Shown: positions 37,711 to 49,000 of the stretch, one piece after another
How the letters are laid out: each line of letters begins with the position of its first letter
How positions within the stretch are numbered: position 1 is the first letter of the stretch
Source: Catajapyx aquilonaris
Lineage: Eukaryota
Length of the DNA stretch: 56,926 bases
NCBI GenBank assembly: GCA_000934665.2
Contig: JYFJ02002481.1
Coordinates: 1 to 56,926 of the forward strand
Reading direction: 5' to 3'
Translations under genes and position numbers: made by a program
The notes under the pieces: model-generated
What the model was told of the DNA's origin: nothing
The model's input: only the letters and a program-made list of their open reading frames with translations
Databases searched by the model: none

Positions 37711-39498
37711 TATTTTGATAAGGCTGAAGAGGTTCCCATTATGCAATTTTAGGTGCAGAAGCTCTTTATTTGGAGTTGACAGAAGCTGAAGAAAGTAGCT
37801 TGATGGTCTCATAATAAATGCCGGAAAACGAAAATTTTGGTCGGGGCGTGGGGGATGGTGTATGGGATCAAAAAAAAGGGGGTAAAGGGGGCGGGGGGAA
37901 TCAAGGTAGAAGGGAATTGGATAGAGCAGACAGAGCGACTCCCTGCAAAATCACAATTCCAGCGCTCTATCCACTTGACTACCAGCAGCTCTTCCTTGCA
38001 CTCGTCCAAAGCCTACATATGTAATTGTCTTAGGTAGGCTTTGCACTTGTCCCTTCTATTCTCGCCCGACCTCTTATGCTCGGGGCCAAAATTCGGATGT
38101 TTCTGTCGCTCATACCTCAGAAACGGCTGGATAGTGTCAGCTAAAACTTTCACCACTGTGTCTATTGCACATGAATGACCCTTCAAGCAAGTTTCAGCCA
38201 AATTGGAGGCGACCGACCTTGACCGTTCCCTTGTCAGTCACTAGAGTCAGAAATGTTCCCTGAAATTGTGATAATATAATTCCACCTTCATTTGCCTTAC
38301 AGGAAATATATTGGGTATGTGCCGAAGTGCTCTTGGGCATCTACATACTTCTTGTGGAGTCATGTCCTGGGTCCTGGAATCATGGGTCATGTTCAATTTT
38401 TAGCTAAAGCTGCTGTGATGATATGAGTATCTTTTGGCAGTTGCCATCATTAAAATTTTCACTGCATGACAACTAATGTTGTTTTTAAGAAGGAATTTGA
38501 AATTACCCAGAATAGTGCAACTCAGTTCATTTGATTTTACAACACATCTACTGCAGTTGGTGACAGTCTAAATTTGCATGGTGATAATGTATGAAACAAG
38601 AGCACCTTAAGAAAACGAGCAACTTGTTATTGAGTCATCTTTCAGTGACCATGGGCTCTTCCCCATTCAACTGATTGTGTTACTAGGCCTTCCACCACTG
38701 TCTGCTTTCTTATTTTCCAGCAAGGCTGATATACATGAATTGAGTGGGTGTTGCCATTAGAACTGAGCTTCTGCTGTCATGCAGAAAAATAATAGTGACT
38801 TATGTTATCAAAAAATGATAAAAATTGTGAGGTGGCAATTTTTGTCTGGAGTAGAATAGCTCACAAATATTTATAGGGAAAATGGAGAGGAGAAGAGAGG
38901 GGCACTTGCTCCTTCTTGTGCTACGCAATGCCCATTATAGCAGGGGTCGAATTTTAATTTTTTTGTCCAGGTGCAAAGTTTGCACTCCAGACTTAAATCT
39001 GGAGTGCAAATTGCTTACTTGGAGTGCTTAACCCCTTGGTTACCAGATCTAGGCGCTGAGATTCGTTTATGTTCAACTTACACGGACTCTGAAGATATGG
39101 ACAAGATATGTTACAAATAATAACAGCTATACTTACACATTCATGCTGTACACTATGAATATGTTTGGAGCAATTTTCCACTTCTAGAAGTCGCAAATTT
39201 AATTTCCAAAAAGATCGCCGTAACAACTCGAAATTAAATTACTACCGGCCAAATGTTAGGTGGATTTCATTATGAAATATGTTAAAGTACACGGAATAAC
39301 AACTTTGAGAATCTTGCTATGATGAATCTGCTGAAACTGTCGTACTTTGTGAAAATTGAATCAATTTTGGAGTCTTCGGAAGTGGGAGGCAAGCCGCAGT
39401 AAGTATTAATTTAATTCTGGCGAAGTACGGCGATTTCAGCATATTCGTCACAGCACAACTCTCAAGGTTGTTATTTGCATATTTTAATGTTTTTGATA

Positions 39499-39761
39499 GT
39501 ACCGAAGCAGGTTGGTGTAGGGGATAAGGAGCCGGCCTGCTAATCGGGAGGTCCTGGGTTCGAGTCCCGGGGCCGGCAACCCTGACCATGGTTTTCTGTG
39601 GTTTTCCATGGTCCCCCCAGGACAATTCCGGGGTTGTTTCCGTAAAAATGGGCCACAGCTGCTTCCTTCCTTCCCTATCCCTGGTCCCATCCAATGGTGG
39701 TAATCCACCCCCCTAAGGGAGCCAAAGGGTCTAGCACGGGGTATGATAAATAAATAAATAA
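39499..39761 (+). mobile_element. SINE family C
   Basis: TSD AATGTTTTTGATA and (TAAA)n tail. Confidence 0.9.
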
Positions 39762-39778
39762 AATGTTTTTGATAATTA

Positions 39779-40059
39779 ATAATAATAATTTACCCCGTGA
39801 TAGAGCCATTGGCTCCCTTAGGGGGGGAGTTCATCCCAATTTTTTTGTCAGGAACTCTTTACTTTTTGCTTCGCTTTTTGGGAAGGGATAGGGATGGAAG
39901 GAAGCGGCTGTGGCCTGTTGTAAAACTCTGAAATTTTCCTGGAGGGACCGTGGGAAACCACAGAAAACCACGGTCAGAGTTGCCGGTCCCGGGATTTGAT
40001 CCCCGGACCTCCCGATTAGCAGCCGGATACCATATCCCCACACCTACTGCTGCTTCGGT
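39779..40059 (-). mobile_element. SINE family C
   Basis: TSD TGTTTTTGATAATTA; tail-to-tail with the previous copy. Confidence 0.9.
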
Positions 40060-40256
40060 TGTTTTTGATAATTAAATCAGCCTAACAGTTGGCCGGTAGT
40101 AATTTAATTTCGAGTTGTTACGGCAATCTTTTTGGAAATTAATTTTGCGACTTCTAGAAGTGGAAAATTGTTCCAAATATATTCATAGTGTACAGCATGA
40201 ATGTGTAAGTATAGCTGTTATTATTTGTAAAATATCTTGTCCGTATTTTGAGAGTA

Positions 40257-40562
40257 CAGTGGAGCATCGATTATCCGAACAGAGTCTGCCAAGGGGGTGT
40301 TCGGATAACTGTTTGTTCGGATAACCAATCATTTACGAAAAAATATTTGTGCCGGTGTCATAGGAGCAATATGAAACTAAGAAGCAGTGGTATTAACCAC
40401 AAAACTGTATATTTTCTGTCACAGGCATGTCTTAAAAATACTGTACATATACCTTACTGTCCTTACATGAAGTAGTCCTACAGTTTAGGGGGGGAAAAGG
40501 CCAATTTTTGCCGACCCGAAAAGGTTCGGTTGATCGGTGTTCGGATAATCGATGCTCCACTG
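40257..40562. mobile_element. pogo-like MITE
   Basis: TA TSD and perfect TIR CAGTGGAGCATCGATTATCCGAACA. Confidence 0.9.
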
Positions 40563-40901
40563 TATGTGCAAGTTGAACAGAAACGAATCTCAGCGCCTAG
40601 ATCTGGTAGCCAAGGGGTTATATTTAATTACTGTGATGTTAAAAAGCAGGACCAACTGGAGTGCAAACTTTACACTCCAAGTCTCAGTTTGGAGTGCACA
40701 TGACACTTTTGGAGTGCAAATTGCACCTTTGCATCGAAGTACTTTTGACCCCTGTTATAGTCAAAATTGTTTAAAATTTTGTGTCGTGGCCTTAGTTGCC
40801 TGGGCTTCTCCAACAAACCAGTGGTCAACATTGGGCAAGCTCATGGGAGATGGTGGCTACAGTTGATATTGAAGGACTCTTCGATGCATGTAACTGGTGT
40901 G

Positions 40902-41577
40902 TCAGGGGTTGAAATATTTGGATGCAAAGGTGCAATATGCACTCCAAAATTTTCAGAACTCCAAACTGAGCCTTGGAGTGCAATGTTTGCACTCCAGTTG
41001 GTCCTGCTTTTTAATGTGGCTAAACCTAGTACCGTATTTACGCGCATATAAAACGCACACGGGCATAAGACGCACCCTGGTTTTGAGGCGAAAAATCGTG
41101 GAAAATCTGTTGTTGACTTATATAAGACGCACCCAGATTTATTTCCGTAGTTTGGGAACTGGCCTCGAGCTGCCGGCAGCAACCTCGTGTGCAATGCATG
41201 TGGGTGTGGAATCCATTAGAATCCAGTAAAAAGGAGGCGCAAGTGGAAAATGGGACAATGCTACGCATCTGAAACGTATAGGTGACAAGGTCACACTGGA
41301 ATTGTGCACGTGTGTGGACGGCCGAGGAGAGCGACGATGACTGATTCGAATGTGCGATGTTTTTAAATTTTTCAATAAACGATTTTCACGATTTCTCACG
41401 GGTTTCACCCATTGTGCTCTGCCGTATAAGACGCACCCTACTTTTTGAGCTACAAAAATCGGAAAAAAGGTGCGTCTTATCTGCGCGTAAATACGGTAAT
41501 TAAAAATTAAACAATCCAAGTGAGGAATTCGCAGTGCAAAGTTTGCACCTGGACAAAAATTTAAGATTCAACCCCTG
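40902..41577. mobile_element. hAT-like element, inverted sister of 38941-40754
   Basis: CAGGGGTTGAA / TTCAACCCCTG ends and shared body. Confidence 0.75.
41032..41496. mobile_element. pogo/Tigger-like MITE
   Basis: TA TSD, TIR CCGTATTTACGCGCA.ATAA, repeated ATAAGACGCACC. Confidence 0.9.
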
Positions 41578-42104
41578 ACACATGCCCATGAAACCTTGAA
41601 GTGATACCAGACCTGTGATGCAAGTTGTTTACTGAAGAAGGGTGTTTGTTTGTCAAAGTTACGGTTCTAAATCAAGTACACACTTCCCATGTTGTCCAGG
41701 TGACTTTCACTGACAGTGACTGCACGTACTGACGTGGCAGGAGTATTTTCTCAATTTTAACACATGATGGAAAAACTGACGGCTTCACTCCATCTGGACA
41801 GCATGGGAGTTGTAGGCTACACTTACCGTATTTTAGTGCATAGAATGGCATGCCAGTGTAAATTGGCGGTGTGCAGGAAGAGTTCCAATGGGTTCTCACC
41901 ATATTTGGGTGGGTTTTCTCGGGGTTCTTTCGTTTACTCCCACTACCAAAAACCCATCACACGAATGCCAGATAACCTTAGTTGCTTTGGTACAACCAAC
42001 AAACCAACCTCAGTGATGAGGCTCTTTTGTTGGAATTTTTCTAACCTAAGAAGGGGCTTTGGTTATTACTAGGACCAGTAATAAGTCTTATGTTACTTTT
42101 ATAG

Positions 42105-42385
42105 GGTGGTGATACGTTATGGAAGCCTTGGAGTGCAGCAGAGCAGTATGAGTGTGCGTTTTAACAGCATCGGCACCCAACTTCTGGCACTACGAAGACG
42201 AAAACCTCCCATTTTGTATGGTATTCATTCTGCAAACCACTTGTGCCAGTTTGATCATCCAGGTTACTACAACTCATGCACCATGAAGAGTTGCTGTTTT
42301 GCGGGTGACTCCGACCAATACGTGTTATCAGGCTCGGACGATTTCAACCTCTTCATGTGGCAAGTTCCACCCGAGGAATTAGAAA
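42105..42385 (+). CDS. DCAF5: DCAF5 exon 5
   Basis: MSVRFNSIGTQLLALRRR.PP...GYYNSCTMKSCCFAGD.DQYVLSGSDDFNLFMW; GTGAGT donor. Confidence 0.97.
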
Positions 42386-42690
42386 GTGAGTTTCTAAGCT
42401 TCATCGCTCAAGATTTCTTAGTTTTTCAGATGAGTTGAATTCACATTTTGTCAAAAATAATTTGGCAACTGTGAAACACAAGTGCTGAAAATAAAATTGT
42501 GGTAAGACATATCAGCTACAAGGAAACAGCCAACCCCTAAATATAGCCCATTTGGAGTACAATGGAATGTACTCGGAACAAATTGCATATTATGACCCTC
42601 ATCCCTTCCTGAAGGAGTGGCTGCTGCAGGAATGCGTTTGAAATGGCGAGTGTAGGATAAAGCAAACCCTCTTGATGAAGTGCCCATATA

Positions 42691-43423
42691 CAGGGTGGGG
42701 CAAAAGTCATGGGCTGGTTTAAACGACGCAGCATAGCGGTAAGTAACGAACAATTATATTTTGAAAAAATTACAGTACACAGAGAAAGATATGCCATTTA
42801 TGGATCAAGGTCCAAAAAAGTCACTTCTTGAAAACAACACCGGATAGATGTCCACCTTTGCGGGCAACACCTCCAAACGCCGGAAGAAACCCTTCATAAC
42901 GCACTCCAGGATGTCCAGGGAAATGTTTTTCACGGCGTGTCTGATCTGATCCTTAAAATCAGCCAATGACTGAGGACGTGTGGCGAACACCAAACTCTTC
43001 AGGTACCCCCACAAGAAGAAGTCGGGGGTGGTCAAATCTGGCGACCACGATGGCCAAGGAATGTCCCCAAATCTCGAAATGACCCTCCCAGGAAACACTT
43101 GACTTTTAATTTGTTCGGTGTTCGCCACACATCCTCAGTCAGTGGCTGATCTTAGAGATCAGATAAGACACGCCGCGAAAAACATTTCCCTGGGCATGCT
43201 GGAGCACGTTATGAAGGGTTTCATCCGGCGTTTGGAGGAATATGTGTTGCCTGCAAAGGTGGACATCTATCCGGTGTTGTTTTTGAGAAGTGATTTTTTT
43301 GGACCTTGATCCATAAATGGCATATCTTTTCTCTGTGTAGTGTAATGTTTTTAAAATATAATCGTTCGTTACTTACCCCATGCTGCGTCTTGTAAACCAG
43401 CCCATGACTTTTGCCCCACCCTG
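42691..43423. mobile_element. Tc1/mariner-superfamily (maT/rosa-type) foldback made of two 3' ends
   Basis: Arms 42691-42990 and 43118-43423. The - strand encodes FPGRVISRFGDIPWPSWSPDLTTPDFFLWGYLKS. Confidence 0.88.
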
Positions 43424-43467
43424 CATTGGACCCCTGAGCTTCCTCTTGGAGTTTTGCTGTGTGTGGC

Positions 43468-43807
43468 AGCCCCCAGTCACTCCCTATACCAGTACATTGC
43501 TACCCCCGTGAGCTTAGCTGATCTCCCCCACCGAGGGGGGTTGGTCATGGACGGCGCTAGAGTCAAGCACCGAGATGCCTTCCCTAGCGGGGCAATTCTG
43601 AACCATTTCGGTCGACTGACTGGCTGGGGTAGTAAAGGCTTCCTATACTACCCCACCCAATCAGAGTCGACCGAAATGGTTCTGAGGTGGCCACTGGGTA
43701 AGGCGCCACCATCTTGGTGTGTGAGCCTAGCGCCGCCAGTGGCCAACCCCCCTCAGTGGGGGAGATCAACTAAGCTCATGCGAAAAGAGGGAGAGTGACT
43801 GGGGCCT
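43468..43807. mobile_element. GC-rich MITE
   Basis: Inverted GCCCCAGTCACTC ends and internal TGAGCTTAG.TGATCTCCCCCAC arms. Confidence 0.7.
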
Positions 43808-44188
43808 GGTGTGTGGTGTCTCTAACAGTTTTTGGCACAAAAAATGGTACTCACTAGATTAGTCATGTGTGGTCCCTCAAATGACAACGCAAGTGTTTTT
43901 TTGCAGATTCTTGCAAAAACGCGAAAAAATCACCTGCCTAATTAGGGTTTAAAAATTTGAAAAAGTGATTTTCAAACCAGCTCTAATGTGAAACGGCGTA
44001 AAACGGGTACATACTGTATTAGTTTTGCGAGTACTATCAGTCTACCTGGGCGATAGTCCGCAATAATTCCTTCACCCTGTATAGAGATGATGACATTTTT
44101 AATGTGTGGCAGTGGACAGATTTCTGGCTAATCTTTTCCCCTATTGAACCTCACATATGGAATGACTGATTTTTACTTATTGTTGTAG

Positions 44189-44307
44189 TTGGCTGGGTGG
44201 ATGAGGCTCATATGGTTCTTCGTGGCCATCGATCAATAGTGAACCAGGTGCGCTTCAGTCAGAGCAGATGCCTTGTTGCATCCTCAGGTGTGGAAAAACT
44301 CATTAAG
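44189..44307 (+). CDS. DCAF5: DCAF5 exon 6
   Basis: AHMVLRGHRSIVNQVRF...ASSGVEKLIK; TAG acceptor and GTGAGA donor. Confidence 0.96.
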
Positions 44308-45264
44308 GTGAGAAATTAATATCTGGAATACGTTGTAAATCCAGTTTCACTATTCTATGCTCTGAGACAAGAGTTCTCTGCGGCTGAGTTTTGCAAGTGT
44401 AAAAATCAAGGATGACTCTCGCATGATATTATGGAGGCCTAGATAATTTGCTGTGGAACTAGTGGTTTTTTTCAAGGGCCTTGCATGTAGTAGTCTGTTA
44501 TGGTTGATTGAGTTACATGCAGCACCTACGGCAAGCACTGAATTGTGCCCCGGTCCACACATCTGAAACCAATTTTTCAGATAACTTTATCATAAAATCA
44601 ACTCAAAAAAATATACCAGTCAAAAGTTCATTAATCTTTTAATTGACAAATGACACTACTCATAAAAATTACAACCGCGCCTTCCTTGCTTTCACTGATG
44701 CAATTTGGTCTATGATGCGGTCATAAGTCAGTTTTTGTCAGTTTCTTCTCTTTCTACACTCAGCAGAGCAAGATCACAGGATCTGCTGCCTTGATCCATG
44801 GAGCCATCATAGTGCTTCTCGCCCATAACACTATGCGACATGATATTTGTCCATGGGACTTCATTGCTATTGTTCCTTAGGTCACTCGTAACTCATTATA
44901 ATGACATTTCATTTTGTCTGACCTTTGTGTTTGACCTCGGGGCATTCAAACAACCAAATTCCTCAAAATATTGGTGTCATTCCTAATCAAATGGGCTAAA
45001 ATGCTGCTAGACCATCTCAGATTTTGGTGGGAAAAAATCACAGCCATACACCCTTATACCGACCTATTTCATATTGCTAAATATCATGTTGCAGCGATAT
45101 TGTGCAATGCCTTATTAAGGAAGGGGAAATCTGGAATGTTTGGAAAGGGACAAAAATGAGCCCTTTTTGGAGAATTTTTTCAGTTCATGGAAGTGGTCAA
45201 AATCCAATAAACATATAATATCAAAATAATGAAAGAGAAAGACGAGAATGTGCCTATGGAGTTA

Positions 45265-45873
45265 AGGCTGTTTTACGAATTCCCTTTTTGCGCTATAAAG
45301 CGACTTCATTGTGCAAACTGCAAGTCATCGCTGCATATGGGTGGGCAAAAAGCCACTTCCTGCCGTGTGTCAATTCACGAAAAGGTTGCCGCTCGCGGCA
45401 AAGTATGAGAAGGAATGGGCAAGTATGAGAAGGAGAGGGTTGGAGAAATACGTGTGCTAGGCCAACCTGGGGTGGGGCGGGCTCCGGGGTGGTTAGCTGG
45501 GTGAGGGCAGTGTCCTGGACCACATACAGGGCGAAGGCAGACGGGATGGGGGGCAAAAGGACGGGACATTAGCGGCCAGGCGGACTGGAAAAAACATAGG
45601 GGGAAAAGAAGCAAGACGGGGAGGACGAGGTGGAGAGGAGGTGAGGGCGGCATGGATGTCACGGGACTGGATGGGACTCCTTCTGATTGGCTCAACGCGA
45701 CAGCATGCAGTCGGACTTCTAGAGATTTTGAAGTCTGTGGCTGGCACTTTGGGCAGCAAAACGCAGTGTGCTTCTCGTTGTCTTTTAATAAATTGGTCTG
45801 CCGCAGGTGTTGCTTGCAGTCAGCCACTACGAAGTCGCTTTATAACACGAAAAGGGAATTCGTAAAACAGCCT
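45265..45873. mobile_element. PIF/Harbinger-like MITE
   Basis: TTA TSD and TIR AGGCTGTTTTACGAATTCCCTTTT. Confidence 0.85.
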
Positions 45874-46001
45874 TTAGTTTTCCTTAAAATTGTAACCAGA
45901 ATAATGCGCGTGGCATTCCATTGGTCACATGTCCAAGAATTTGGGTCCCCAAAAATTAGTGGGTAAATCTGCCATGCATGAACCAGACTTACAACTGAAC
46001 A

Positions 46002-46263
46002 AGGGCGACACGGTGGCGGAGTGGTTAGCGCCACAGCCTTCCACCTCTAAGGTCCCGAGTTCGATCCCCGGGTCACGCAAAGGATGCTTATGTGGATAGA
46101 GTTTCGATGGGTTCTCTCTGTGTTCGCGTGGGTTTTCTCGGGGTTCTCCCGTTTCCTCCCGCAATCAAAATCCATCACACGCAGGCAATGATTAAAGACG
46201 GTTCACGAAAAGATGATCCCCTAAGAGGCCCAAGGGGCCTATCACGGGGTATCCATTATTATT
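46002..46263 (+). mobile_element. SINE family D with V-domain-like core
   Basis: tRNA head GGTGGCGGAGTGG...GAGTTCGATCCC, core GTGGGTTTTCTCGGGGTTCTCCCGTTTCCTCCC, TSD ACTTACAACTGAACA. Confidence 0.88.
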
Positions 46264-46352
46264 ACTTACAACTGAACATATTAAACCGTGTATGGGTCAC
46301 AACTTCTGTCGCCAAATATGACTGATGTTACGCAAATGCATCACTCATTGTT

Positions 46353-46683
46353 GGGAGGTGAAGTGGCGCTGTGGTAACGTATGCGCCCATGGATGTTAAG
46401 GTCCTGGGTTCGATCCCAGCCAGGGGTTGCCCCCTTCATCTCGTGTAGTGTTGGGCCATCTCTGGCTTTGTCTCAGGTGGAATCTCCGATAGACTAATCC
46501 ACCCAGGGGAGCTCACAAAATGACCAATCTGAGACATTGCACTTGCACTTTGCACATCCCCTCCTAGTCACCTTGCCCTTGCACCAGGGCACTTCACCAA
46601 AGGTTCCCCCCAAAAGGGCCAAAGATGGCCCAGCAAGGAGTAATTTTAAAAAATAAAAAATAAAAAATGCAATAAATAAATAA
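46353..46683 (+). mobile_element. SINE family B
   Basis: Same head and body as the 6085 and 49255 copies; A-rich tail. Confidence 0.85.
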
Positions 46684-47442
46684 AAAGTCACTAATTGTTG
46701 GGGTAAAAATATTTGGACATGCGACTGAGCATGTGACCAATGGAATGCCGCGCACATTTTTCTGGTTACGTTTTAGAGGAAAAGTTCCACAGGTGCATTC
46801 TCCTCATCTTTCATTTGATATGTGTATTGGGGTTTGACCACTTCCACTAACCGAAAAAAAAAATCTAAAAAATGTCTAATTTTCAGCCCCTTTGAAAATG
46901 TCGCTATTTCTTTTCTTCCCACGGGATGGCTCAATACGGCTGAAACTTGACACGTAGGGTTATGTCATAGGTGTGTACAGCTGTGATTTCTTTCAGCAAA
47001 ATCCGAGATGATCTAGCAACATTTCAGCCCTCTCGATTCAGAAAGATGAGGCTATATTTCGAGGACTTTGATTTTGTGATTGCCCCAAGGTCTAAAACAA
47101 AGTTCAGACAAAATGAATGGTCATTATGAGTCACAAGTGACCTAAGGAACATGGAAATTCCCTCAATACCCGTGGACAAAAGGTTGATTTTTGTTACATG
47201 ATGTAAAGATCATACATCTAAAGAAAATTATATTTTCACTGTCCAAAGATAGCGTATTGACTTTAACGGAAAGTGCTCAGTGGCGCCCCTTTCAAGTGGC
47301 GCCCAGGGCACATGCCATACTTGCATACCCTAGTTGCGCCACTAGTTACATGCACAGTATTAAATTAGCAGTGGGGCCTGAATTGGACAGGGAAACAATC
47401 TGTATTTATACCATGTGTATTAAGTAGTTCATATATTTACAG

Positions 47443-47565
47443 CTCTGGAGTCCTTTCAACATGATCAACTCTCAAAGAGGTTGCACCAACTGTAATTCCT
47501 CTGGCAATTGCAGGCGTATTTACACCCATGAGGATTATGTCAATCTTGTGCTTCGCAATGGTCAG
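47443..47565 (+). CDS. DCAF5: DCAF5 exon 7
   Basis: LWSPF...RRIYTHEDYVNLVLRNGQ; CAG acceptor and GTGAGT donor. Confidence 0.93.
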
Positions 47566-47634
47566 GTGAGTTTGAAGTCTTATATAGAATTTAAGAGTAC
47601 CCAGACACTGACCACAGATGTGATTTTTAAATAG

Positions 47635-47893
47635 TTTATGTCACATGACTACAGTCATCATTCAACAAAGGAGGATCCTTGCATGATGGCATTTTTCGAC
47701 TCCCTGCTGCAGCGAGATACTGATGACTTGAGTACAGACGAAGACTCTTCTAGTGAAGACCAGGAGATGCTGCACACAAGTGTCAGTTCCCCATCCTCAT
47801 TTGACTCCTCTGATGGTGAAAATGAAGCAAGTGATTCTAGTATTACTAAGGAGACAGCCAGGAGCTCTGCTGCTTCCAGTTCTTGTGCAGTAG
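47635..47893 (+). CDS. DCAF5: DCAF5 exon 8
   Basis: MSHDYSHHSTKEDPCMMAFFDSLLQR followed by a Ser/acidic tract; GTACGT donor, phase 1. Confidence 0.9.
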
Positions 47894-49000
47894 GTACGTG
47901 GAAACAATATAATTATGTAGTCCACATTTGATCAACAATCTACAAGGGGCATACCATATTGATTTACACTTACTTTTAGACTTTTTCTCATTAAAAAAAA
48001 AAAAAAGTAGGTAGGTACAGTACCTCCAAAAAAGGCGGAAGCGTATACAGCCGAATGTCGGGGACTTTTCAGGTTTTCCTTAGGAAACGGCGGTCATAGG
48101 TAACATACTAGTGACCTTATGATCTCCTGCATGTTACCAATCGTCTTAGCGACCTCTAATTATGCGGAAATGACACCAACATTGCCATGGAGAGGAAGTT
48201 TGGGATTTTCAAAAAACATATGACCTTTTTTCCAAAGTGGCCACCATTTTGACCCCACAAGGTCAAGGGTCAGGGTGCTGCGGGTCAAATTGATCGTCTT
48301 AGTCTATGGAACGTATGTGTGCAAAGTGGCTCGCTTTCTGCAAGAATTTGCAGCATTTTACCGTTTTTCCTATAGTGTACCGCTTAGACCAGCACGATGG
48401 CACCGCGCGATCAAATATTTTGACAGTTTTTTAACAGATGATCGCACAAATATGCCAGTGATATCGTTGTAAAGGTGAGAATGCGCGGAAGCTTTTTCCG
48501 TCCTACACATTTTGTAGAGTTTGCTGTGTGTAACTGATTATTTTCATGTTTTCAAAAGTGCTATGAGAAAATTCAAACTTGGCGGGCGTTTTCACGGTGA
48601 CCTTGACCTGCAGGCGGTATGATGACCTGACAGTCACGTTCTACATCCACGTGGGAACATTTTAAGAGCAATCCGAGCAAAATCGGACGAGTAGTTTAGA
48701 TATTATAGCCAATTCCACGGCGAGTGTCACTTATGTACTTCTTGAGCCAAAAACACATGACGCGTACAGGGGAGTGCGGGGACTTTTGAGGATTTACTTA
48801 GAATGACATAACAAAGCTCTGTGTGAAACAAAACATTGGGTATAAATTAGTCCGAAGAAACACCCCTTTTTTGTCTAAAGTTACTGGACTATTAATCATT
48901 TTCCCATAACAAATTATATTTCCTCTCATTTGTTCAGATGTGTCCATTCAGAACAAACCAAACCATTCTTGAGCTTGTGGGATATAAAATCGCTGATTTA

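Larger units (their letters stand above)
34951..38233. mobile_element. Long-TIR element (about 460 bp arms, CAAG termini, TCA TSD) with nested MITE and mariner
   Basis: 34951-35410 mirrors 37723-38233. Flanks are AC-TCA and TCA-GT. Confidence 0.8.
39032..40617. mobile_element. Long-TIR element (about 220 bp arms, CCCCTTGG ends)
   Basis: 39032-39260 mirrors 40082-40256 plus 40563-40617. Confidence 0.8.
38941..40754. mobile_element. hAT-like element (CAGGGGT ends, TGCACTCC/GGAGTGCA motifs) with nested insertions
   Basis: CAGGGGTC / GACCCCTG ends with TTATAG on both flanks. Sister copy at 40902-41577. Confidence 0.7.
44846..47180. mobile_element. Old long-TIR element (about 450 bp diverged arms) hosting a MITE and two SINEs
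   Basis: 44846-45260 plus 45876-45965 mirrors 46695-47180. Confidence 0.7.

Noticed and set aside
45293..45966. Cluster of overlapping ORFs up to 150 aa
   Set aside because: Purine-rich low-complexity interior of a Harbinger-like MITE.
47950..48895. Possible Academ-like element (right end TAGTCCAGTAACTTTAGAC, TGACCTTG motifs)
   Set aside because: The left terminus is too degenerate and there is no TSD; cannot be supported.
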